Assembly (NCBI GenBank): GCA_963845755.1
Contig: CAWJTV010000011.1
Location: 1,120,001-1,184,000 of the forward strand
DNA: 64,000 bases
Source: an uncultured Planctomycetota bacterium
GTDB taxonomy: Bacteria; Planctomycetota; Planctomycetia; Isosphaerales; Isosphaeraceae
Direction of reading: 5' to 3'
Within the stretch, counting starts at the first letter, position 1. Each line of letters begins with the position of its first letter. The position numbers and the translations under genes were made by a program. Below are positions 9,990 through 20,749 of this stretch, piece by piece. The notes below the pieces were generated by a model. It worked only from the letters and a program-made list of their open reading frames with translations. It searched no databases and was not told the origin of the DNA.

Positions 9990-11207
9990 TCAGGCGATTC
10001 CCATCACGCGGTGATCGATCGAGAACGCCCGCCCGCGCGGGGATTTGTAGTCGAAATTCCCCAGGCCGACCTGGCCGGCCACCGCGATGTACTGGGGCTG
10101 GCGCATGTCGAACATCTCGTGATCGAACGCGTTGGCGGCGACGCGGCCGACGCCAGCCAGGGGGGCCATCTTCAACTCCTTGCGCTTGGCGTCGAGGATG
10201 TCCCATTCGACGCGATCCATCGCCACGGGGTCGGTCGCGAAGAGCATCGCATTGGAGTCCCAGAGCCACTTGGGATCCCGGCCGAACGGGCCCCCATCCC
10301 ACACGCCGCGGGTGCCGTCCATGATGTGGAGGACGCACTTCTTGCGGACGATCGGGTGGCTGACCACCGCGGGGATGTAGGCGACCATCGCGACGCCCTG
10401 GGGGTTGGAGTGCGAGCGGAAGACGTTGTTGAACAGCCCGTGGCTCATGTTCTTCAGGGCCCCGGTCACGCCGGCGGCATGGTGATCCTTGAGGCAGGGC
10501 AGGCAGATGATCTTGTCCAGGCGCTTGGTGACGATCCGGCCCAGGTGGGAGCGAAAACACCGGTCGTCCTTGGGGTCCATGCCGCGGCCGACGAGCGTCA
10601 AGTGCACATATTCGTCGCGGTCGTAACCCGTGATGGGATCGTCGCCCTCGAATTGGATCTTCAACTGGGCCTCGTCCCAGGCGTCGGGCGTCAGGCCGCC
10701 CCACGCGACGCCGTCGGGCAGGATCTTCTGGTAGCCCGCCTCGCGGAACTCGCGGCCATAGCGGTCGAAGACGACCATGTCCTTGAGCTTGATCCCGGCC
10801 GATCGCAGCCCGTCGATCACCTCGAGGATCAATTCGGGCGAGGTGTGGGCGCCGGGATACCCGTTGGGTACCGTTTTGATCCCTACGGCTTCCCCCGGCT
10901 TGACGAAGATCCGCCAGGCCTCGACGGGGTCATCCACACCCGTCAGGGCCTTCAGCCCGCGGTTGAGGGTCGCCCGAACACGGCCTCGCGGCCCCCCCCA
11001 CCTTCGCGCTTCAGGGCCGGGTTTCGAACCTCGATGACTCGACCCGGGTAGGGACCCGGCACGCCCAGCGTTCCCGGGTGGCCACCGGGGGCGCTCCGTC
11101 CTCCGGCTTGTTGTCCCGAGACGGTCGACGCCCCCAGGATCGAGAGCCGCGGTGGCGCCCAGGAAGTCGCGACGATGGATGCCGCCGCAGGGATATTGTC
11201 CTCGCAT
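9990..11207 (-). CDS. DUF362 domain protein with Tat-like signal
   Basis: HRRDFLG twin-Arg; VGIKTV, CLKDHHAAGVTGALKNMSHG, ATDPVAMD motifs. Confidence 0.85.
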   Translation of the reverse strand: MRGQYPCGGIHRRDFLGATAALDPGGVDRLGTTSRRTERPRWPPGNAGRAGSLPGSSHRGSKPGPEARRWGGPRGRVRATLNRGLKALTGVDDPVEAWRIFVKPGEAVGIKTVPNGYPGAHTSPELILEVIDGLRSAGIKLKDMVVFDRYGREFREAGYQKILPDGVAWGGLTPDAWDEAQLKIQFEGDDPITGYDRDEYVHLTLVGRGMDPKDDRCFRSHLGRIVTKRLDKIICLPCLKDHHAAGVTGALKNMSHGLFNNVFRSHSNPQGVAMVAYIPAVVSHPIVRKKCVLHIMDGTRGVWDGGPFGRDPKWLWDSNAMLFATDPVAMDRVEWDILDAKRKELKMAPLAGVGRVAANAFDHEMFDMRQPQYIAVAGQVGLGNFDYKSPRGRAFSIDHRVMGIA

Positions 11208-11293
11208 AAGTCGTCTCCTGTTGGTTCTAGGTCCGTGTCCGAAAGAAAGAGAGACGCGCCCTTGTTGATGAGAGATTGATCCGTAGCCGGCGC

Positions 11294-12146
11294 TCAGGAA
11301 TCGGGGGCTGGCCCGCCAGCCGCCCGCGGCTTGGCACGGCTGAGAGACAGATGATCGGCGACCAGGAGCGCACCGACCGCCACGCACAGGGCCACGCTCA
11401 GGTGAGCCAGGAGCCGAGGGGTCGCTTCGAACGCCATTGGCTGGAAGGTTTGCGAGGCGGGGAACAGGATGGCCCCGCCGAACTCGTAGATCGCGGCCCC
11501 GATGACGGCTCCCAGGATGCCCCCGACAATGGCTCGGGCCATCCGCGCCCCACCGCCGAGCCCGATTCCGAGAGCGAGCCCGGCCGCAGCCCCGACGGCC
11601 AGCCAGATGCCGCCGTGAGTCCGCAGAGCCAGCCCCAAATCCTTGTTGTGGTCCTCCTCTGAGGCGGCGGCGCGAGCTTGGTGGAACGAGGGAACCAGGG
11701 CGAGGGTGGTCCCGGCACCGGCGGCTCCCCCCAGGATCAGGCCGGTAACGCCCCCCAGGATCGCAGCCCGGGGCGATCGCCGAGACTGGCCGCCGGTCGC
11801 TCCCAGCACCATGCCCAAGAGCATCCCCAGGCTGCCGTAAGCCAGCGCCGCGGACCGATCCCAGGCGGCCCTCCGCCGCCGATCGGCCTCCACCCGCTTA
11901 TCGTTCGACGACCGTATCGAGGCGGGCATGTCGTTCGAGGGCCTGAACAGTTCCGGCGCGACCTCTCCAATGCAGAAACCGGCAAACCCGGCGAGGAGGC
12001 TCATAATGAGACTGACCAACCAGAGACGATAGTGAGGCCACGGGGCCGCCCCGCGTCGATTTGGTGTCGCGTACCGCGTCCTCAAGCGGCGGTATGCCGC
12101 CAGCCTCGGGTTGGGACGTCTGAGGTTGATGATCGGATCGCGTCAT
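11294..12146 (-). CDS. Gly/Ala-rich integral membrane protein (5' frameshift likely)
   Basis: ORF 11294..12085 with about six hydrophobic segments; probable start at 12146. Confidence 0.7.
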
Positions 12147-12240
12147 GATGCCACGTCCCTTGTCAAAAGAATGGAGGGCCGCACGGATGCGGCCTGATTG
12201 ACCAAACCAGGTCGGTCAGAACGGTCAGTGTGTTAACTCG

Positions 12241-13398
12241 TCAGTCTCCACCAGCGAATTGCTCGCGCCTTGCTGCTGGGAAGCGCCGAGCGGCGCTCCG
12301 CACGCGCCGGAGCTGCTCCATGAGCCGATCGGCGTCCTGCGCGACGACCGAGGCGGCGGTAGGCCTGGGCGAGGCTATAGAGAGGTCCAACCGCTCTCGG
12401 CTCGAGCGTCACCGCGCGATCGAGCGGCTCGATCGCCGTCGCAACGTGACCGCGCTGAAGCTCGAGCTTGCCGATCCGCCACCACGTGCCGAAGCGCTGC
12501 GGGGCCCATTGCAGGGCCAGGCGCCAGCAGTGCTCCGCCTCGTCGAACGCGCCTTCGAGATAGTACGATTGGCCGAGGAGATCGGCGACCTTGGCGTCAT
12601 CGTCCTCCTCGAGCGCCCGATGAAGATCGCGCCGCGCATCCTGCCAACGACCGACCACGAGCAGGTTGTGGCCATACTCGGCCCAGAACATCGAGCGGGG
12701 CTTCAACGGCATCTGCTTGAGCTCGGGATCGAGCGCGATGACGCGATCGAACGCGAAGACCGCCAGCTCGGAGTCCCCCGTGTTGTGGTGGACGACCCCA
12801 GCCAGGGTGTGACCGATCACGGCACCCGTGGGGATCTTGATCAAGCGATCGGCCGTCTCCAAAACGTCGGCCCAGCGCATTCTCCGAGATCAGGACCGCG
12901 GCCATCCGGCTCAGGGCCAGCACGTCGTCGGGCCGACGTTCCAGGATCTCGCGATACGCCTGGATCGCCGGCTCGCGGCGGTTGTTCAGCACGAGGGCGT
13001 AGGCGCGGATATGCAAGTCCTCAACATCCAGGCGGCTCGGGCCCGCTTTCTGATAGTAGACTTCGGCCCGGTCGGGCTGGCCGACTCGACTGAGGCAACG
13101 GGCGACCAGCAACGCCGCGTGCCGGCTGAACGGCCGGCGTGCCGAGGTAGCCCTCGGCCTCGCGGAGGGCGGTCGGCAAGTCGTTGCGTCGATACGCCGC
13201 CTCGGCCCTGGCCAGTTCCGCGGGATGGAGCTCGGCCCAGGCCAACACCGCCAGCAGCCCCGCGGTGACCAGTCCGATGGCGACGGCAACCCATCTCCGC
13301 AACCGGCGGCCGCGGCGGCCGCGGCCGGATGGCGTTGCCGGTGCGGGGATCCGTCCCGCGGCCATCAGCGTCAGAGGCGGAGACGTATCTGGCGGCAT
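12241..13398 (-). CDS. Membrane-anchored TPR protein (frameshifted)
   Basis: Stitched from ORFs 13021..13416 (TM), 12597..13289 and 12233..12880; helical TPR-like repeats. Confidence 0.75.
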
Positions 13399-13411
13399 GA
13401 TTCGCGCTTTC

Positions 13412-13697
13412 CCCAAACGCGGCCTTCGGCCGCAACCAAAAAGGGATTCAAGATTCGAGATTCAAGATTCCGGAATCATCTCCATTTTGAATGTTGAATA
13501 TTGAACTGGGAATCTCCAAAGATGCTCGCACGGCGCAGAGATCCCAAACGCGGCCTTCGGCCGCAACCAAAAAGGGATTCAAGATTCGAGATTCAAGATT
13601 CCCGAAGGGGAATGATCCGGGAATCCGGAATCGCGAATCCGGAATTCGGAATCCCCAGCTGCACGCACGGCGAAGCGAGCCTACGGAGGAAGACTCC
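13412..13697. repeat. Two tandem units of a heptamer-arm hairpin element
   Basis: 60-bp identity 13412-13471 = 13543-13602; starts aacgcggccttcggccgcaacc; (GATTCRA)n arms; third unit at 39518-39667. Confidence 0.9.
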
Positions 13698-13733
13698 AAG
13701 GACGTCGGACCACCTCGAAGGCTGAAGACCGAG

Positions 13734-15049
13734 TCAGAACGCGTTGGATTCATCCTTCATCCTTCCCGATAGGCGGGTCAGGGCGGCGCGGCTGACTTCG
13801 TTCTTGGGGTCGTTCCCCAGGACGATTCGGTGCCATGCACCGGCCTCTTCGGGCAACTCCATGCGCTCCCGCGCATCCGCGATCCTCTGATAAAGCTCCG
13901 CGTGGGGACGAATCCCCAGGTCGGGTATTGCGACGGCCTGGTCGTAGAGTGCGGCGTAGGTCCTGGCTGGCAGCGTCCCGGCGCCGCAGGCGCCGGTCGA
14001 TCTGATCGGCCTCGGCGGATCGGCCGGTGTGGCGTAGGGCGCCGCCAAGCCGATACTCGACGACCCGGTTGTCCGGCTCGGCCGCACGGGCCTGTCGGTA
14101 AAGGTCGGCGGCCTCGGTCCATTGGTTGCGTCCCTGGGCAACCCTGGCCCGATGCTTCGCGAGCTGCGGCAACGTCGAGAGGGTGGCGGGGAGTCGTTCG
14201 AGCTCGTCCTTCAAAACATCGACCTGGCCCGACTCGTCGAGGCCCGTCAGGAGGCAATCCCAGGCTTCGACACGCCCCGGATGAGCTTGAACCACCCGGC
14301 GGAGCTGGTCGATGCCCGCGTCGATCCGGCTGGCCCGCGTCATGGCCAGGCCCACGGCCAGGGCCGAACGGAACTCCCCGGGCTGATACCGGACCACCGG
14401 TTCGAAAATGTTCACGATCGACTCGGGTGCGGGCGGGCGCGCGTCCGTCCGCACCAACTCCAGTAGCAGCAGCACGCGGTCACGGGGGTCGGGTTCCACC
14501 GGGTAGAGTCGCATCGCCAACCGGCGGTGATCCTCCTTCCTTCCCTGGGCGTAGTAGAGATGCAGGAGGTGCCAGCCGCACTCTGGCGCAGTCAGGTCAA
14601 CCTTCGAGCGCCTCGAGCCAGGCCGCCTCGGCCTCATCCAGGCGCATCAGGCGATTCAGCGCATCCCCGCGCAACAGATGAAACGCAACGGCCATCGTCG
14701 AATTGCGGGGATGGACACGGTCGAGGTAGTCCAGCGCCAACTGCGCGGTCGGCGCCGGTCGGCGCTCGGATGGCGACCCACTCGGCTCAGGCCGCTTGAG
14801 GAGGATCTGGGCGAGCAAGAGATGGGCGGCCCCGTCGTCCGAGTCCGACGTCAGGCGAGGCCGGAGCATCGCTTCGGCCTCGTCGAGCCTTCCGGCATCC
14901 ACCAGCTTGATCGCCTCGTCGAGCGAGGGACGCAACGGCGACGCATGCCACGCGCCCCAGCCCAGACCGCCGGCCGCCATGGCAACCATCAGCCCGCCCA
15001 GGATCCACCGGGCAACCCTCTCTCGTTCCCAGCTCGGGTTTGAGTTCAT
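13734..15049 (-). CDS. Membrane-anchored TPR protein (frameshifted)
   Basis: Stitched from ORFs 14597..15196 (TM WILGGLMVAMAAGGLGWGAW), 13750..14637 and 13734..14141. Confidence 0.75.
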
Positions 15050-15129
15050 GGCTGCCGGACCCCGATCACCTCCGAAGACGATCTTGAGCGGCGAAGACGC
15101 GCATTCCGCATGCCGTCGATTCGGATGGA

Positions 15130-15383
15130 GGGACCCCCTCATCTGCCCTTTGGGCACCTTCTCTCCGGGAAGAGAAGGGGACGCGATCCGTCGCACTCGC
15201 CCCTACGGGGAGAGGGTTGGGGTGAGGGGGCCTTTGCGTAATCCAACCGTGAATCGCTCTAAGAGTCTGTTCCCGAAGGGGCCGGTCCGGGTGAGCGGGG
15301 GGCGTCAGCCCCCTGTGCGGTGAGCGACGGCCCTCGAAGACAGGGGTCTGACGCCCCCCGCTCGCTCTTCCGGAACAGACTCT
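15130..15383. repeat. Cluster of REP-like hairpins and a 122-bp MITE-like palindrome
   Basis: agagtctgttcc (15262) / ggaacagactct (15383) enclosing gagcggggggcgtcagccccctgt / acaggggtctgacgccccccgctc; further REP-like motif ggggagagggttggggtgagggg near 15208. Confidence 0.7.
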
Positions 15384-15540
15384 CCGTGAGGCGGACGGCG
15401 ATGGTCGGCGCTCGCCCGGGGAGAAACCCGGCCCGGTCAACGTCCATCAGGGACGATCGGAAGCGATCCGAACGCTCGTTCAAGCCCCCCAACGAGGGCT
15501 TCGCGGATCGCCTCCGAACTCCCAGGTCGCGGCGGTTCTC

Positions 15541-16735
15541 TCAGTAGGAATCCGAGCTGAGGACCTCACCCCCATTTCTCGTCCCGAGCCCCACCCAGGT
15601 CAGGGGGTTGACCGTCGCCTTGAGGAACTTGACCGACCCATCGCAGAACCCCACGTTGGAGCCACCCGGGTGCCGCGAAGCCGATGCGACCACGCTCGCG
15701 ATGCCGGAATAGGGCCGGCCGGGAACATCACTATACCAGCACGACTTCCGGTTGGGCGTTGTGGTGTGGCTGTAGGAGAACAGGTCGCCGAGCCACCAGT
15801 CCCCCTTCCAGGTGTAGGAACCGCTGCTCTGAGGAGTCGCATCGCAGGCCTTGGCCTGCAGGAAGTCGTTGTTGAGCTGGCCGGCGAAGGCATTCGCGGT
15901 CGCAGTCATCTGGTAGATATTGCCGAGGCCGGTATCCGATTGTCGCGCGCCACTGCCGTTGCCCCTGACCCATTCGCTGAAGGCGGCCGTGTTGCTCGTC
16001 CCGTCGGTGATGGAGGCGAGCGTGACCGGCGTTTCGTAGCTGCCACCCGCCAGGGATCCGAAACCGCCCCCGGTCGGCATCTCGGGACTTGCTGCCCCAT
16101 AGCCCTGCGCAGGCAATCAGACCCGCGTTGGCCGTGGGGACGTAGCACACCCCGTTCGAGGCCCCAACGGTGCCGGCGCGGAACGGGTTGCTCCCGCCGT
16201 TCATCGGATAGCTACCGCGGCCGACTAGACTCTGGCCTCCGCCCGGAGCGTAGATGAAGTACGTCAGGTTGGCCAGGTCGGTATCCGAGGGACACAGGAA
16301 GCTGTTCACCTGGTTGCCGGCGGCGGTGGCGTTGATCAGGCCCCACTGGTCGCAGTCGGCCGTCGAGCCGTTCATACTGCTGACGATATCCGAGCCGGAT
16401 GCCCCCCACCGCGCGGCGACATTGAAGTTGATCGCGTTGTAGATTGCGTTCAGCTCCAGGAACGGCGCCATCCGCGCCAGCGGACTGAACGTCTGGCCGG
16501 TATTCTTGCCGTTGTTTATGCTGTAGATGATGTACATCGTCGGCAGGGCTTCGTTCGCGCTGATGTAGTTATGCATGGCCAGCACGATCTGCTTGAGATT
16601 GTTGGTGCACTGGGCACGGCGGGCAGCCTCTCGGGCCGCCTGCACGGCTGGCAACAGCAGCGCAATCAACACGGCGATGATGGCGATGACGACCAAGAGT
16701 TCGATCAGAGTGAAACCGCGACGCAAACGCGACAT
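15541..16735 (-). CDS. DUF1559 prepilin-type N-terminal cleavage/methylation protein (frameshift near 16110)
   Basis: [54 protein letters not shown]-terminal H-X9-DG ([12 protein letters not shown]). Confidence 0.95.
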
Positions 16736-16919
16736 GTGAATGACTCCGAGTCGATGGAGGAGAGAGTAACTCCGACCGATCACGAGGCGATCTTCTCCTC
16801 ATCAGGATCATCTCGCGAGGACGACTGAAAGACGAATTGAGCGGGTCGAACGAACACGGCTACTGCCGGCGAAGACCCGCCCGATCGATGGACCATGACA
16901 GATCAGGGACATCTCTGCA

Positions 16920-17198
16920 TCATTGAGACTGAGGTTCCTCCTTCGGAGTCTCGGGCTTGTGTCTTCGAATCCCCTTGCCCTTGGCTGCCTTGGCGTCCTT
17001 CGCGAGCCTGGATGCATCTTTCTGATTCTGCTTCGTCGCAAATTCGCCGTAGTTCTTGGCACCGCCTCCACCTGTACCACTCGTGGGCTTGTTCCCAGTC
17101 AGGTTTTCATCATTCGTCGTGGACGGGCCGCATCCCGCCGACAGAAGGGCGCCCAGCGCCACTGCCGACAGCGCCAGCGTTCGGTACTTTCGCATCAT
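16920..17198 (-). CDS. Small lipoprotein accompanying DUF1559
   Basis: Signal with lipobox SAGC; SD GAGGAG; Lys-rich tail. Confidence 0.75.
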   Translation of the reverse strand: MMRKYRTLALSAVALGALLSAGCGPSTTNDENLTGNKPTSGTGGGGAKNYGEFATKQNQKDASRLAKDAKAAKGKGIRRHKPETPKEEPQSQ

Positions 17199-18304
17199 CA
17201 ATCGCTCCTCCGGAAAGTAAAGTTCGCCCCGCGATCACACCTCGCCGGGCTCCGTCTCGTCCGCAGAAAATCCAGGACCGACGCACATCCAGCCAGACGC
17301 TCACGCCGACCCTCAACCGGTCTTGTCGAAGGGACCCGACGAGCGCTAGCGAGTTGTGGACCAATTTCGAATCGACCGACTGGAGGACCGGCTTCAACCG
17401 GTTAATCCCGCCACAAAGCGGCACTCCGACCCACCAAAACAAGATCTGGCGGATCGCTCGTTGATAGGTCGATCCGGAGGCAAATTTCTAAACGGTTGCA
17501 GACGTCCGCGTCTCACTGCCCTTATGTGTCATCAACCTCGGTCCGACGGCTTGGATTACCGCCTCGAGGAAGAAAAATATCGGTCGAAGTTGGGACGGGA
17601 CTCCAGCCCGCCAATTGAAAGTGAACGCGACACCAGACGATAGGTAGTCGAAGAAGATCGCACGGCCTCTGACGGACGTAAAGTGATAGTGGGGATTATT
17701 TCGGAGTCGCCCCACGCTTGTCAAGAAAAAAGTCCTACGAGTTTGATTAAAAAGGAGTTTTTCCGCGGAAGATCGCCATCAACGAACTTATTAGGGGTTA
17801 GTTTTAACATCCATGGTGACTTGCCAGGAACCAGCGTGTTTACCTTTTGTCGCTTCAATGTTTATCGATTGTTTGTCAGCGATTCACGCGACTCAATCGA
17901 GGGAAGGGCGCCCCGAGCCGCATTTCTTCCCGAGTTGGGGAAGGTCCTCTTTCGTGTCCGACCGAGTGAGCCAACCGTGCGATTGCGGGCGTTGCCCTAC
18001 GGGGCAAGTTTGATCCTCCCTGCGTTCGACGAGAGACAGCCGCGGCTCGGCTGCTCGCCGAGGGTTCCCGATCGTGAGACGTCGCCGTCCTGGAAAGCGG
18101 GACGGATCAAGAATCCCAGGGCCATGGACTTCGGGGCTGTCGCCGATCCGGTAGAAAGGATTGTATGATAGGGTTCCCTGGCCGGACTCCCGTGACGAAC
18201 CGATCGACAGAGAGGAAAAGGAAGCTGCAAGCTTCCTTCGAGTACATCAAGCGACTGGTCATGCGGTCATTCGTGCGACCTGCTAAATAGGCTTGCGTGA
18301 TTCC

Positions 18305-18366
18305 GGGAGGGCGAGGCTCCGTCCGAGCCGGAGTTCGATGTGGCTCGCACGGAGGCTCGCCCTCCC
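18305..18366. repeat. REP-like imperfect inverted repeat
   Basis: gggagggcgaggctccgtccgagcc ... ggctcgcacggaggctcgccctccc. Confidence 0.7.
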
Positions 18367-18828
18367 AGGATCGTGCAAGGTGATTTAGAGCGCCCAAACG
18401 ATCGAGATGTCGGTTCAATCTCGATACGCGCGATGTTCGACAGAGTTCGTATCGCAGTGATTCTGCCTCTGCACCGGGTCGCCAGACCGGCTCCAACACG
18501 ATCCCGAATGAGGGGCCGTCGAGAACGGCGACAGGCGCCTTGAAGACTCGGAGCCTGTCCCCGTGGTCGAAGAATTCCGAGCTTCGAGGGCGGCTGCCAG
18601 GCGTCCAGACCTTATCGTGGCGCAACGACGCGACCCCGGCGAGTCTAGTCCTCAGGGCGACAGCGGGTAGGTCGTGCCCACCGGTTTTTCCGCGGCGGTG
18701 TCGGCTTCCGGTGGACCGTGCCCAGACTCCAGAGGTTTTCCAAGAGCCTGTTCATACACCCTCGAGACCCGACGAAGAGGACATTCTCCTTGAGCGTAGT
18801 GATTCCGTCCGATCGGGGCACCTCATCG

Positions 18829-20744
18829 ATGGCATCGCCTGCGTCCCGAGCGACGACGCCCCGGCTCCTCCCGCTGGACATCCTGGCGCTGTCGGCATAC
18901 TGCGGCCTGGCCAGCGGCTTGCTCGAAGTCGGAACCCGCGTCGTCGCCACGAGCCTCTCCGCCAATAACCGACTGCACTCGATGAGCCGACACTTCATCT
19001 GGCTGGTCCCGCTCACGGAGCTGCTGCTCTTCTCCCTGATCGGCCTGGTTCTGGCCCTGGTGGCCAAGCTCCGGCCACGGTTCGGTACATGGTTCGGGGT
19101 CCGTGTCATCGGTTTCCTGGCCATCCTGCCCGTGCTCATGGTCTCGAGCCCGCGGATCTATCGCGAGGCCTGGGTGCTCTTCGCGATGGGGGCGGCCGTG
19201 CCGCCTTGCGCCGTTGCTGGAGCGCCGCGCGCGCCGGGTTGCGCCGGCGACTTCTCCTGACGTTTCCCGGCTTGTTGGGTGTGGTCCTGGTCCTGGCCGG
19301 CTTCGTCCTGGGGGACGAATGGCTGGCCCAGCGGCGCGAGGATGCCCGCCCCTTGCCGCCCGGCAATCCGCCAAACGTCCTCTTCATCACGCTGGACACC
19401 GTCCGGGCCGACCATCTGAGCTTGTACGGCTATCAACGACCCACGTCGCCGAACCTCGAGAACCTGGCCAGATCGGGTATCCGCTTCGACGAAGCCCGCG
19501 CGGCCGCGCCCTGGACCCTTCCCTCACATGCAAGCATGTTCACAGGCCGCTGGAACCACGAACTGAGCGTCGATTGGATGATGCCGCTCGACAGGAAATA
19601 CCCGACCCTGGCCGAACATCTCGGGTCGCGCGGCTATGCCACGGCGGGATTTGTGGCCAATCTCTTCGGCTGCTCCTACGACAGCGGACTGAATCGCGGA
19701 TTCACCCACTATGAGGATTACACCCTCGACTATCTCGTACCCTTACGCATGGCGTGGCTCGTGGACCATCTTGCGAGGGTGATCTCCGGAGTGGGCACGC
19801 TGTTGGGCCACTCCGGGGACGCCGGCTATTTCCGTCCTCTGCACGAGTCCTGGCTCTCGCCGTATTTCGATCGATTGCGGAAGAAGGATGCTGGATTGAT
19901 CAATCGTGCCTTCCTGGAGTGGTTGTCGCACCGCTCTCAACCCGCGCGGCCGTTCTTCGCCTTCCTGAACTATTTTGATGCTCATGCCCCGTTCGTGCTC
20001 CCCGAGGGGACCGAATACCGCTTCGGGTTGAGACCCAGGAGACCGGCCGATTTCACCTTCCTCGAAGTCGACTGGGAGTTGAACGATAAGATGGTGTTTC
20101 GCCCGGTGTATCACGAGCTGGTCCGAGACTCCTACGACAACTGCGTGGCTTACCTCGACGGGCGACTCGGCGAGTTGCTCGATGAATTGCAACGCCGCGG
20201 CGTCCTCGATCAGACGGTGTTGATCGTGACCTCGGATCATGGCGAAGGGATGGGAGAACATCATCTCTTCGACCACGGCGAGAGCCTGTACCGGACTGAG
20301 ATCCACGTGCCGCTCGTGATCGTCTTGCCCGTGAGCCAGCGGGCCATGGGAGTCGTGCGCGAGACCGTGAGCCTGCGCGACCTGCCGGCCACCGTCCTCG
20401 ACCTCGTCGGCCTGCGAGACGGGTCGCCCTTCCCGGGCCGGTCACTGGCGGTCCTCTGGAGCGATCCTTCTTCCCGGGCGAGTCCTGGCGCCACGGGGGC
20501 GGTCCTCTCCGAATTGCCTCGACCCAATCCCGGCGACCCGAATGGTGGACGTTCGCCGGCGCGGCGCGGTCCCTTGATCTCCCTGGCCGAATCCGAGTAC
20601 GTTTATATCCGCAACCGAGGGGATGGCACCGAGGAGCTTTTCAACGAGCGCCTCGACCCCGGGGAGGTGCAGAATCTCATCGGTGTCGAGGCCATGCAGC
20701 CTGTCCTCGAGCGGCTCCGGCGACGACTCGATCAGGGGAAGTAA
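18829..20744 (+). CDS. Membrane-anchored sulfatase-like hydrolase/transferase (alkaline phosphatase superfamily); frameshift near 19200
   Basis: N-terminal TM helices; PNVLFITLDTVRADH, WTLPSHASMFTG, FLNYFDAH, TSDHGE motifs. Confidence 0.9.
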
Positions 20745-20749
20745 GCGAC

